In this document: one piece after another, positions 24,080-36,523 of the stretch
Numbering within the stretch: position 1 is the stretch's first letter
How the letters are laid out: every line of letters starts with the position of its first letter
Source of the DNA: Leucoraja ocellata
Taxonomy: Eukaryota
DNA: 64,000 nucleotides
Assembly: GCA_036785375.1 (NCBI GenBank)
Contig: JAWMAR010001141.1
Location: 124,001-188,000, forward strand
Reading direction: 5' to 3'
Made by a program: the position numbers and the translations under genes
The notes under the pieces: generated by a model
What the model was told of the DNA's origin: nothing
Databases searched by the model: none
Seen by the model: the letters and a program-made list of their open reading frames with translations, nothing else

Positions 24080-25750
24080 AGGGTGATTTCACCAAAGGTC
24101 AAATGAGCGTAGATCCCCCCTCACGTGACCGAAAATTTTAACTGGAGGACATCTCTCAGTTTGGTACATGTAAGTGAATGGGGAAACACGCACTTTCCCA
24201 CCCGTTAAAAACATGGAAAACGGCCGATTTTTGAGCTGAAATTTCTGTGCTAGTCGGGGTGACCGTGAAGCACAGCGACCTAAATTTTCAGGCAAAACAA
24301 AAGATAGAAAGTGAGGTAATTACAAGAGGGAACTGAAGGTAGAAAGCGGCGGAAGTGAACAGCTGACATTTGCCGTGGTGATTTTAAGATCCAAAATATC
24401 GGGAATTATCGCGTTTGCTCGCTGAATTTCATCAAAAGTAAGTTAGATTTGCGACCATCCGCGCCTGCGCAGTGGGGGGGGGGCGGGAAGCTGGTGACAA
24501 AAGACGCAGAAGTTGGTGACAAAGGACGCACAATGACGTCGGCTCTCCGCGCGTGCGCAGTGGGGGGGGGGGGGGGATCAGATCGCCGCCATTTCAAATG
24601 CAACGCCTCGATGCTCCGGGCCTAGTCTGTGTGAGTAGAACCGTGGAATATTGCGTTGCGTTGCGGGGAGGGGGAAATCTGTTTGTTTTATATCGGGGTT
24701 TTAAACTACCCTCGAAGGGTCCAATCCGACCCGCGGGATGATTTGGGGGGGAAAAGGGAGATCCCTCGTCGCGTGCCCGCGCTCCCCCCCGCCGGGCCCT
24801 CGCACCTCACCATCGCCTTAGTTTATCGGAGTGAATGACGGGCCCCGCACTTCGTTCTGCACCCTGCCTGCTGAGTGCCACTACGCCAACGGCGATAACC
24901 GCTTTCAAAACAAACCCTCCATGCCGAGGAGGGAGGGAAGGAGGAAAGAAGGGGGAGGCCTCCTTCCGCCGTCTGAAGCAATGATACTAGAGGAGCCTCC
25001 TAGTATCTTTGGTCTGAAGCACCTGCACCGCTCGGCCCCGCACCTTCCTGTTTGCTGGCGGAGGAGTGGAGGCGGACCAACTACCTCCCCCTTTGGCGGT
25101 GGGCAGGGACGGGCTGCGGGGCGATGATGCCGGTGTTGTCCGAGGAGCGCTGACCTTCCTCCTCTGCCCCTTCCCCCCTCTCTCTCGTACGCCCCCCCCC
25201 CCCCCCCCCTTATCCTGGGACCAACCCTCTCCACCCCACACTGATTCAAATTCCCCATCTATTCAGTCCTCACTGCCACCCCCTGTGTTCCCCTCCCCAT
25301 CTACCCGCTGTGCTCCCCTCCCCATCTACCCCCCCCCCCATCTATTTATCCTGCACCGGTCTTCCTATCCACCTCGCATTGATTATCCTGCACCCCCCCC
25401 CCCCCCCCCATCCTACACTGGTCCCCCAATTCATCCTGTACTGACCCCCTTCCCATCCATCCTGCACTGTCTTTCCCCATTCATCCCGCACAGACCCCCC
25501 GATCCACACTATGCTGACCCACCCCCATTCATCCTGTACTGATCCACACATTCATCCTGCACTGATCCCCCCCCCCATCCATCAGGTACTGATTACCCCA
25601 TCTATCCCGTACTCCCCCACTGACATCTCCTGCACTCTCCCCTCACAATTTTATCTACTCAACCAATACGCACTAATCCCCCTGCCTCACTCCATCCATT
25701 CTGCACTGATTGCCTTCTCAAAGCCCCCATCTATCCGTCCCGCACCGACA
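24080..25750. other. CpG-island-like and C-rich low-complexity block in intron 2 of gene A, probably part of an unclassified transposon
   Basis: High CpG density, twin GCGCSTGCGCA motifs, TGACGTC, poly-G/poly-C tracts, degenerate ATCCTG(C/T)ACTG repeats. Confidence 0.4.
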
Positions 25751-26394
25751 ATTACAATGTTTGATAATGGAATGCAGTCAAATGTGTTTTAATTCTTAAT
25801 GTTATTATTTGTTTTAATCTATAATGATGGATTAATTAAATTGTGAACCAGTGAAACATTAAAACTGCAGTGTTCAATTGTTACTGCTACCGTGGCATTT
25901 TGACAACTTTAAACATATTGTCAAAAGAACATTTGCTGCATTTGAAGTCCTTTGGCCATCTCTTGTCAGTTAGTGTAATGTTTAACCTGTCAGATGGGTA
26001 TAGTCGGTTTTAACAGCTGTTATCATAAAAATGTCCTTGCAACCTGTATATTTTGTTGTGGATAAATTATGTGGGAAGCGAGAGTGTTTCTGTACCAATA
26101 GCAATAACGACCCATGCAATGGCCATGTCATGATAATTTTTGGTCCTTCGCAGAAACGATGCTTGCATCAATCTGTAGTGTGCATGGTTAAGCATATATG
26201 TTACCATGGTCCAGGATTTATTGACACACGTTGATCATACGCTGAATAATCCAACCACATATTTGTTTGGAAGTGGAAATAAATAATAGAAATTGCATTC
26301 ATTGCAACGTGTAAAAAGAGTTGAGATACTGTGTTATAATTTTGCTGTATGTCATTGTGGTATATATCATGTCTTGATTGCTGAATATGTTGAA

Positions 26395-27447
26395 TTGACA
26401 GGTGAATTGATCATGGGGAACAAGGACATGGCAGACCAATTGAATAACTACTTTGGTTCTGTCTTCACTAAGGAAGGCATAAATAATCTGCTGAAAATAG
26501 CAGGGGACCGGGAGTCAAATGAGATGGAGGAACTGAGTGAAATCCAAGTTAGCCAGGAAGTGGTGTTAGGCGGCAGATTAAAGGCCGATAAATCCCCAGG
26601 GCCAGATAGGCTGCATCCCAGAGTACTTAAGTACACATTGGCTTCACTGTGATGGATGTTTGTGTGGATTTAATTATGTGTATGTCTGTAAGACAGTGTC
26701 TTTGTTTGTATGGCTGTGGAAACAACATTTCGTTTGAGTCTCACTGGGGCTCAAATGATAATAAATTTGTATTGTATTAAGGAAGTAACCCCAGAAATAG
26801 TGGATGCATTAGTGGTAATTTTTCAAAACTCTTTAGATTCTGGAGTAGTTCCTGAGGATTGGAGGGTAGCTAATGTAACCCCACTTTTTAAAAAGGGAGG
26901 GAGAGAAAAAACAGGGAATTACAGACCAGAGGAAAGGCATTTTTGCCATAGAGGGAGTACAGAGAAGATTCACCAGACTGATTCCTGGGATGTCAGGACT
27001 TTCATATGAAGAAAGACTGGATAGACTCGGCTTGTACTCGCTAGAATTTAGAAGATTAAGGGGGGATCTTATAGAAACGTACAAAATTCTTAAGGGGTCG
27101 GACAGGCTAGATGCAGGAAGATTGTTCCCGATGTCGGGGAAGTCCAGAACAAGGGGTCACAGTTTAAGGATAAGGGGGAAATCCTTTAGGACCGAGATGA
27201 GAAAAACATTTTTAACACAGAGAGTGGTAAATCTCTGGAATTCTCTGCCACAGAAGGTAGTTGAGGCCAGTTAATTGGCTATATTTAAGAGGGAGTTAGA
27301 TGTGGCCCTTGTGGCTAAAGGGATCGGGGGGTATGGAGAGAAGGCAGGTACAGGATATTGATTTGGATGATCAGCCATGATCATATTGAATGGCAGTGCA
27401 TGCTCGAAGGGCCGAATGGCCTACTCCTGCACCTATTTTCTATGTTT
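26395..27447 (+). mobile_element. CR1-type LINE with large internal deletion and a nested ~145-bp insert
   Basis: KSPGPDRLHPRVLK|EV..VPEDWRVANVTPLFKKG..GNYRP joined to the C-terminal LYSLEFRRLRGDL; insert near 26632-26777 flanked by TTAAG. Confidence 0.85.
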
Positions 27448-27838
27448 AGTTTGTGACTATTTGAAGCATAAATAATATGTGAATGCTTCATTGAGCATAA
27501 TTCCGACTGTTAACTATGCACTTCATCCAAACACATTAATGCACGCATCATGCAAGCCGTCTAAAATGACTTCTTCCCGACCCGAAACATCACCTCTTCA
27601 CGTTCTCCACCGATAGGCTCAAACAGCTGGAGTAACTCAGCAGCATCTCTGGAGAAAAGGAATAGGTGAAGTTTCGGATCGAGACCCTTCTCCAGAGATG
27701 CTGCCTGACCTGCTGAGCTACTTCAGCATTTTGTGTCTTTCCTTAGTAAACCAGCATCTGCAGTTCCTTGTTTCTACACCCCATTTGGTCTGGGTATATG
27801 GGAACATCTCATCAGGAAGAAATTAAGATTGATCTTAC

Positions 27839-28159
27839 CTTCTGTAACATTCAGTCGCACTGGAACCATTCTGTCATAGCCGAGTTGCACAATGCCGCAC
27901 CAGTAAAGCCCAGTGTCGTTGGCAGAGAGTTGGGTCACTTTAGTGATAAATTCTCCAGCAGTTTGGTTGTCCACCATTCTTATTCTATCATCAATGTTTT
28001 TATGTTGGCTTGCAGAATTGACCAGAACACTGCAGGATTTCCAATCAGAACCCTTGCACCAGTACTTTTCATGATACTTGTAATATGCATGATACTGGCA
28101 TCTTATGGTAACGGCTCCTCCCAAGGTCCCGGACACTAGCTTCGGCCCAGTTAATGCAG
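27839..28159 (-). CDS. Gene A exon 2, Ig V-set domain of CD300/pIgR type
   Basis: ORF 27774-28217 gives VTIRCQY...KYWCKGSDWKSC (C-x7-C)...DTGLYWC; acceptor tacttacag, GAAG|GTAAG donor. Confidence 0.95.
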
Positions 28160-29309
28160 CTGTAAGTACAAAGCACAGTTGGCAATTACTCTGTCCAGCA
28201 AAACGCTTGGAGGTCATCAGAGGACGAGCACTAATGTCTTATTTTGTTGTCTTGGTTTTTTCTTTGCACTGTCTTCCTTCTTTTTATGGTCTTGGAGTCC
28301 ATAGAGTCATGCAGCGCTGAAAGCGGCCCTTCGGCCCAACCTATCCCATTAAAAGTGACATCCAGGCATACACAAATGGACACGGACATGCACACATACA
28401 CAAATACACGTACGATACAAAAACATGCACATCACATGCATGGACACAAACACGCACATATGCATGCACATACACATGCCCTTCGAGCCAGCACCGCCAT
28501 TCAATATATGATCATGGCTGATCATCCAGAATCAGTACTATATTCTTGATTTTCCCCCTTATCACTTGATTCTGTTAAGAGCTAAATCTAATTCTCTCTT
28601 GAAAACACCCAGTGAATTGGCCTCCACTGCCTTCTGTGGCAGACAACTCGCTGGGTGAATAGGTTTTTCCTCATCTCAGTCCTAAATAGCCTACCCCTTA
28701 TTCTTAAACTGTGACTTCTGGTTCTGGACTCCCCCAACTTAATGGTGGCTTCCTGCACTGAGCCATTCCTGACAACCCAAAGTTGGTAATAATAATCGTA
28801 CATGAGGCCAGCGTTTGTACAGATGACCTGGAGGATTGACTTTAGGCATGTTAGCTGAATCGGGACTTCACAGTTTGTCTTGGCATCGACATGTCATCAA
28901 TTTCTATCCGATTCCAGCAAATACTCTCTTTCCACCAGCTATGAAGGGACTGGTCCCCGCTTCCCAGGTTCGATCCTGACTACGGGTACTGTCTGTGCAG
29001 AAACAATCGCAATGTTTAAGAAACATTTAGACATGTACATGGATAGTACACGTTTCGAGAGATATGGGCCAAATGGAGGAAGGTGGGAGGAGTGTAGATG
29101 GGACATGTTGGTCGGGGTGGGCAACTTGAGCCGAAGGACCTGTTTCCATGGTGTATTTCTGATTCTATTTCTAGTGTATGGGTAATCGATGGTCGGAGTT
29201 TTATGACCGTTGGCAGATCTATTTCCCTCCTGTGAAAAATAAAGTTCCTATTGTATCGTATAAATGTAAACACTGTTGTAAGGGGCTGTACTATAAGGCT
29301 TTGTCATAG

Positions 29310-30233
29310 TAATAATAATAATAATAATAATATTTATTTATATAGCACTTTTAAACAAAATCACTTTGAACCAAAGTGCTTTACAGAGATTGATTAAACT
29401 AATTGAATAGATTAAATGTCAATAAATCCATATAAAATAAAAAAGAAAAAGAAAAAAGACACAGAACAGTACACTACAGAAATCAACAAGAAACGTCCCC
29501 TCACAGCAGAATTCACTGTGAGGGAAGGCACTAAAAATATCCAGTTCTCCTCCTCGTAGTCCACCCGAGGTCGGGGTCTATATGTGGCCTCCTCAGCCAA
29601 CCCGGTGTTTTCAGGCCCTCCTGCCGCAAAGCTGGATCATCGGCGTCAGGTGAACATCCTTCAGCGGCTTGGACTGAAGCGGCCGCTTCCTCCCCGAAGA
29701 CTGCATTGTCCAAAGTTCTCAGGCCGCGCCGGCTGGACCTCTGACTCTGGCGATCCCGGATCCCAGGCTCCGCGGTGTTTTAAATCCAAAGTTCTCAGGC
29801 CCGCCCGCGGCTGGACGCTCTGCAGCCGCAGCTCAACGATGTTGCAGTCGGCGTTCACAGTGCCCCGGAGCTTACCGCAAGGCGACCCGGTAAGGCATCG
29901 CCCGCTCCGTGTTGGTGTCCCAGCATTTGCACCACCGGCGAAGCTGTAGTCCCGGCAGGAAACGCCGCTCCAGCGCTGCTCCAACTCGATGGTAGGCCGC
30001 ACAGAGAGGACGAAGATGCGGTTCGGAGGAAAACCGCATCTCCGACCAGGTAGGACTGGGATTAAAATAGTTTCCCCCTTCCCCTCCCCCCACCCACCAC
30101 ATAAAAGAAGACCTCCAACAAACATTTTGTAGTGACAGGACTAAAAATAAAAATAAAAAAGGGTGAAAGGACGGACTGCAGGCGGAGCAGCCATACACAA
30201 CGGCGCATCACCCCTGCAGTCCGCCATCTTGTG
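29310..30233 (-). mobile_element. GC-rich non-autonomous retroelement, copy 2, (TTA)n tail
   Basis: CAAGATGGCGG 5' end, shared core CCTACCTGGTCGGAGATGCGG...GAGCGGGCGATGCCTT...GTGCCTTCCCTCACAGTG. Confidence 0.75.
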
Positions 30234-30979
30234 CTATCATAGTGAACATACTAAGTATCTCAGAGGAAGAGAAGTGGAAGGTTGTGGGTGGGGGTGGGTG
30301 GGTGGGGGGGGTCATTAAATGTGTCGGGTCCCAGCAGCTTAAAGATAATAGAAACACCAGCAATGATTGTGAAACCAGTTGCTGGTAAACTTCCCAAAAA
30401 TGCCGTTTAAAGTCTATCGAGGGAGTTGTTTGTTTCCTAACCAAGGGCACTATGGTTAAATATTTAGAGACAGGGTCATGTTCTGTAGATAATACCTATC
30501 CCACAAGCTTATGCCAATGCACTGAGGTTTAAATGCGTTCTGCTTCTTCTGTATTCACAACCCAATGATTCGCACCAGGATCAAGACTCAACTAATTTCT
30601 AAAAGAGGGCTTGGTTTAGTTTAGTTCAAGGTTTCAAGGTCAGTTTATTGTCACATGTACCAATTAAGGGATACACCAAGGAAACGGTCATAAAACACAA
30701 AATACATGAACATTGCAATGAGAGTGTTGCTGCCTTACAGCGCCAGAGTTCCGGGTCCGATCCTGACTGCGGGTGCTGTCTGTGCGGAGTTTGTACACTC
30801 TCACTGTGGCCGTGTGGGTTTTCTCTGGGTACTCCGGTTTCCTACCACTTTCTAAAGAGATGCAGGTTTGTAGGTTTAATTGGCTTCTGTAAATTGTCCC
30901 CAGCTTGTAGGATAGAACTAGTGTGCGGATGATCGCTGGTTGCCGTGGACTCGGTGGGCAGAAGGGCCTGTTTCCACGC

Positions 30980-31047
30980 TTGTACTCTTTCAGGCATGTA
31001 GTGTTTAGTTCAACTAAACTAAACACTATATGCCTGAAAGAGTACAA
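30980..31047. repeat. 68-nt hairpin, 31-bp stem
   Basis: TTGTACTCTTTCAGGCATGTAGTGTTTAGTT-CAACTA-AACTAAACACTATATGCCTGAAAGAGTACAA, single G-T pair. Confidence 0.9.
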
Positions 31048-31619
31048 CTACAAGTATATTTTTTAGGGTGTAGTGCCCTTAAAGGCAAAGTTCTCTGTTT
31101 AATTAGAGCTCCTCCTAATACCTATTTCTTCTGCCACGTACCTGCTGCAGCACATACTCTTTCTAGAGAAGGACAATATTTATTTCTCAGCCTTAATCAC
31201 TGAATAATGATGATTATGTTGTTGCTTGTGGAAGCTTTGAATGTTGTGGCAATGTTCCTTGACATCAATGGCTTTATTTTTAAAATAATTTAATAAGTCT
31301 CAAGAAATTGAAGTTTATTAAAGTTACAATATAAAATCAAATTTTCCTTAACATTCCTCTCCGTGGGCCAAAGGGCTTGTTTCCCGAAGGGCTCTATCTG
31401 CAAACTAAACTAAATTAAACTAAACTGGAGTGAATGATAGTTGAAATAAAACATAATTTGTTATGAAGAAGGGTCTCGACCGGAAAAGTCACCCATTCCT
31501 TCTCTCCCGAGATACTGCCTGTCCCGCTGAGTTACTCTCGCATTTTGTGTGTATCTTCGGTTTAAACCAGCATCTGCAGTTCCTTCCTACATAAAACATA
31601 ATCAAATAGTTTTGCTTAC

Positions 31620-31668
31620 CTGCCAATGAAAAGGTGGTCAGGAACAGAGTAAAATGAATATATTTCAT
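31620..31668 (-). CDS. Gene A (CD300/pIgR-like receptor) exon 1, signal peptide MKYIHFTLFLTTFSLA
   Basis: ATG, hydrophobic leader, CAG|GTAAGC phase-1 donor. Confidence 0.85.
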
Positions 31669-34331
31669 GATTAATAATAATTTGTCAATCCTTCATATGA
31701 ACGCCACTTTGCGCTGTGTACGTTTGTCCGGATCCTGTCATTTGCTGCCTATCTGGACTTAGCAAGAATAAAATGTTTGCAATAGATTGTGTAACCTCCC
31801 ACAAGGTTATCTGATGGCCAAGATAATGTTGCATATGTCAAAGATGTGTTTTCCCTGTTTCGAGCCTACTTCATCAGGTGATATTCAGTGTGTGCTTATT
31901 TGTATTTCTGGCATGGATCGCATAGACCATGTCACAACTGCTGGGTCATAGGAACCAGGACCTATGAAAGAAGTGGCTGTGTCTATAAGTTGTACGGACA
32001 CATCTTGTGCAACATATGGTCTTTTTTTTTACACAGAATTACAGAATATTGAAATTCGGTGCTTGGATTGCAAAGTCTACAATTTTCTTTCCAGTTCCAG
32101 ATATGGGAGCGATAGATCTGGTAGACACACAGAGTCTCTTGCCTGGAGTAGGAGAATCAAGTACCAGAGGACATACGTTTAAGGTGATGGGAAAAAAAAT
32201 TAATATCAACCTCGGGGGTTACTTTTTCACACAAATGGTGGTGGGTGTATGGAACGAGCTGCCAGAGGACATAGTTGAGGCAGGGACTATTGCAACATTT
32301 AAGAAGCATATGGACAGGTACATTTGATAGGACAGGTTTAGAAGCACATAGGCCATGTGCAGGCAGTAAGGCTAGTGTAGAAGGGACACAAAAATGCTGG
32401 AGAAACTCAGCGGGTGCAGCAGCATCTATGGAGCGAAGGAAATAGGCAAAGTTTCGGGCCGAAACCCTTCTTCAGACTGATGGGGGGCGGGGAGAAGATA
32501 GGAAAAAGGAGGAGGAGGAGGACCCCGGGGGCTGAGGGATGGGAGGAGACAGTCCGAGGGCTGAGGAAGGGGAGGAGACAGCAAGGGCTAACAAAATTGG
32601 GAGAATTCAATGTTCATGCCCGCAGGATGGTTGGTGTGGGCAAGTTGGGCTGAAGGGCTGTTTCCATGATGTATGAACCTATGACTCTATGACACTATCC
32701 ACTGTGTATTTAATAGAACATAGAACAGTACAGCACAGGAACTGGCCACATTCAATCTCTGTGTAAAAGATAATCTCCTTTAAACGTAGCCACTCTCACC
32801 TTAAAGCTGTGCCCTTTAGACTTCAGCATTTTTACCACAGGACAAAGATTCTACCTTTGATTTACATATACAGACTTTGCAATCAGAGAGATGAGAGGTG
32901 GAAAGAAAAGCTTCGTAATCCAAGCAAGCGTTTGTAAAATTTTAATACCAACATGGACGTAAAGAGGAGCACAATCATTTAAACATGAAAAGTGGTCACG
33001 TATTGATAAAAAAAAAGTTTCTTGGAAGCTAGTAATCGTTCGAATGCAAAGTTAGACTGAAAAGAAATGTGAGCTATTCAGGCAATAATACTACAGAAAA
33101 TACATTAAGTATATTGTATTTCAATTTCTTAACACGTGGAATGTAGAAATCATTATTTAAAAGTCAGTAACTGTTACAAAAGACATTTTAAAACATAATT
33201 TTTTGAGTTACTGTCAAGTTGTAGTTCAAATTTGACATAACAAACAAGATTTCAGTATCATTTGCACAAATACAAAGTTTAATGTTGCGCTTGTATCAGG
33301 GAACAAGAATTCATTGCTCAAAAAGATATTAGAACATAATTCATTATCAACCTTAACATAAAATGCAACTATTGTCTTCCTGGTTATCCATTGCATCACT
33401 GCAAATGGACTCAGTGAAGCCTTTTATTCCCTTTGCAATAAATTAAGAAGATTCAGTTCATTCTCAACCTCAAGTTGATTGTGTGTTTGACACTACATAT
33501 GTTTCTTTACAAAACCACACTCCAGTGGTAAGACTCAATATCGTACAGGTCAACAAAGTCGCTCAGCAATCATTGATCAGCTGTGCAAAGGTTCTTTGAT
33601 CACCTTGACCAAAATTAAAGCATTAATTAGGGGAAGGACCATTCTACTTGACTCAACAGTGACTAAAGTACCCAAATGGTTCTGCAACTCAGGGCACATC
33701 TCCAAGGTTCCAAGTTGTGGTCATGTAGCATCACATTGCAATATGAATTTAATATTGATGTTAGTAAACGTTAATTCTTAAATGATTCACCTCGCACATT
33801 GCAGACTTAAATCTCCACAGATGTGTGTGGACAATGTGGAACTGTGGACGGGTTAATACCTCAAGTTGGATTTTTGGTGAAATTAGTTGGAGCTTATATC
33901 TCAAAGTGATAATGATTGGATTGGATCCAATATAACAAGGATGGAAAAATGTAATTTCTGACAATGCCACTTGATATGGAATTGATAAAAGAGTACCTAG
34001 CCTTTCAGCCCAAGTGTTTACGATTCATTTGAATCTCGTGCACCTGTCTCCTGTCCTCCATGTACTGGTTCCCATCTTTTCTACATATCCAGTTCCTAGT
34101 CCCTTAGTACTATGTCCGGGGTGGGAGATTGCAACCTTCATGTGGTCCACCCTGTTTCGACAAATGCAATCAACCTGGTGTGCACAGTCAAATAAGATCA
34201 AATAGAAAAAGTTGTCCTACACCTTTAGGCTGTGCACGCCATACGCAAGAAGAAGAAGAAAAAGTCCTATGCCCTATCTCTCTTCTCCTTAACGGCACCT
34301 ATTATCCATCTTAATTTCAGCTCTCTTCTTG

Positions 34332-35140
34332 TTTAGTTTAATGTAGTTTAGAGATACAGTGCAGAACCACGACCTTCGGCGCAATGAGTCTGCGCCAACC
34401 ATAGATCCCCGCACATTAACACTATTCTACACACACAAGAGACAATTTACAATTTTTACCAAAGCCAATTAACCTACAAACCTGTGCATAATTGGAGTGA
34501 GGGAGGAAACCAGTGCTCTTGGGGAAAACCCAAGTGGGTCACGGAGAGAACGTACAAAGTCCGTACAGACAGCACCCATAATCGGGATCGAACCCGTGTC
34601 TCTGGCGCTGTATGGCAGCAACTCAACCTCTACGCCACAGTGCTGTTAATTCTGTGTCTCCCAGCGGCTCAGCCCACAGTTGTGGTTGGAAATGAAGCTA
34701 AGATCATTTCCCTTTAGTTGGTCAACAGAGTCTATCATTGTTCCATCACAATGAATCATGTGCAGCTGCATCCATACCTTTAATGCAGAACTAAACCTGG
34801 AGAGCAGAACACCAGACCACAAGGATAGCACGGTGACGCAGTGGTAGAGTGCTGCCTCACAGCACCAGAGACCCGGGTTCGATCCTCACCACGGGTGATG
34901 TCCATATGGAGTTTGTACATTTCTCCTGTGACCACATGGGTTTCCTCCAGGTCCTCCGGTTCCTCTCGCATTCCAAAGATGTGCGGGTTTATAGGTTAAC
35001 TGGCTTCTGCAAATTGTCCCTAGTGTGTAGGATGTGGGGATAGCATGAAACTAGTGGAAGCGGGTGATCGATGGTCGGCGTGGACTTAGTGGGCTGAATG
35101 GCCTGTAGCTACGCTGTATATCTAAACTAAACTAAACTAA
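34332..35140. mobile_element. Head-to-head pair of HE1-type SINEs (34332-34645 minus, 34825-35140 plus)
   Basis: Two complete SINE copies in opposite orientation. Confidence 0.82.
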
Positions 35141-36331
35141 AGCCACAGCACATCAGTCAAGTTAAGTGCAAATAGGCAGTCCATGCATTATGAATAACTA
35201 AAGCCTACATCAACTGTATGCAAAATAAACAAATGATTAAATAGTGAATAATCAGGAAGAAATGCTAGTTGTACATGTTCCCTCATGTTGTTCTGGTGCA
35301 GTATGTAGCAGAATGGCACAGCCATCTTACAGCAGACAACCCAGAAATGCAAGGATCCATCAAATAACATTGTGTTTCAACTTCCTGTTGCTCCCCGTTA
35401 TATCTGAAGCAGCACCTTCCACCTTTCTGTTTATCCCTGAATCTGAGAAAAGGGATGTGGCACAGTGGCGCAGTGTTCGGGTTGCTGCCTCGCAGCGCCA
35501 GAGACCCGGGTTCAATCCTGACTACAGGTGCTGTCTGTACGGATTCTGTACATTCTCCCTGTGACCATGTGGGTTTCCTCCTGGTGCTCCGGTTTCTTCC
35601 CACACTCCAAAGACGCACAGGTTTGTAGGTTAATCGGCTTCTGAGATAGTGTTTTTTGTACGGGTCGGCACGGACTCGGTGGGCCGAAGGGCCAGTTTCC
35701 GCGCTGTATTTCTAAAGTCTAAAGCTTTTTCTTTTGCTGGGGAATGACTGTGTAGTTGAGTAGGATATTAGTGAAGTTGACTAAAATGTCACATCTTAGG
35801 TTAAATGGGCAGGTTAGGTTAGAAGAGACAGCTATTCGGCCCCTTGAGCCTCTTCTACAGTTCAATTGGATCGTGGCTGATTTGTATCTAGAAGTATCTT
35901 GGGTGGTGAAGATCAGATTCCCCAGCCTAGCAAACTTTTCAATTGTCCTCCCTCCCCTACCACCATGCGCACCTCAGCAAATATTTGAGAGAGGAAATCC
36001 CATATTTCCATTTCATTTTGTGTGAAGAAAAGAACTGAGATCTATTTGACTTCCCCTTAGCAAAAAAAAAAACCCCTGGAAGAAATAAATGAGCCAAGCA
36101 ACATATGCAGAAACAAAGTCATGGTCGATGTTTTGGCTCAGAGACATCGGCCATCTCTTTGCGTTCACAGATGTTGCTGGCTTGCTGAGTTCTTCCAGCA
36201 GTTTTTAACGTGGGATTATGACCCGTGGATGAACACAAGGTGCAAAATGACACGTGTATCCAAATGGAATAAGTTGTGACTTGGAGGGATGTTGTTCTGC
36301 AAAGAATGGCTGGAACATCAGGGGAAGAATT

Positions 36332-36523
36332 TTACTTTTTGAATGCAATTGTCGAATACTCTAACGGTTCTGCGTTTGGAGGCTCGGTAACCGGCGGCTT
36401 TTTCTCTTCTTGAACCTTGGGGGGGTTGACGTTATCGTACATGGTGGAGTCTTCCTGGTGGTTGTTGCTCTGCTGGATTGCTACGGTGGCGTAGGTAACT
36501 CCGGCTTCCATCTCTTTGGCCAA
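36332..36523 (-). CDS. Gene B exon 6, cytoplasmic tail with VTYATV, TMYDNV and LEYSTI motifs, stop codon
   Basis: ORF 36332-36571; acceptor tgtccgcag in phase 0; ITIM-like and ITSM-like consensus matches. Confidence 0.9.
   Translation of the reverse strand: MAKEMEAGVTYATVAIQQSNNHQEDSTMYDNVNPPKVQEEKKPPVTEPPNAEPLEYSTIAFKK

Noticed and set aside
25066-25792. Proline-rich ORFs
   Set aside because: Translation of C-rich low-complexity sequence, with no splice context or domain.
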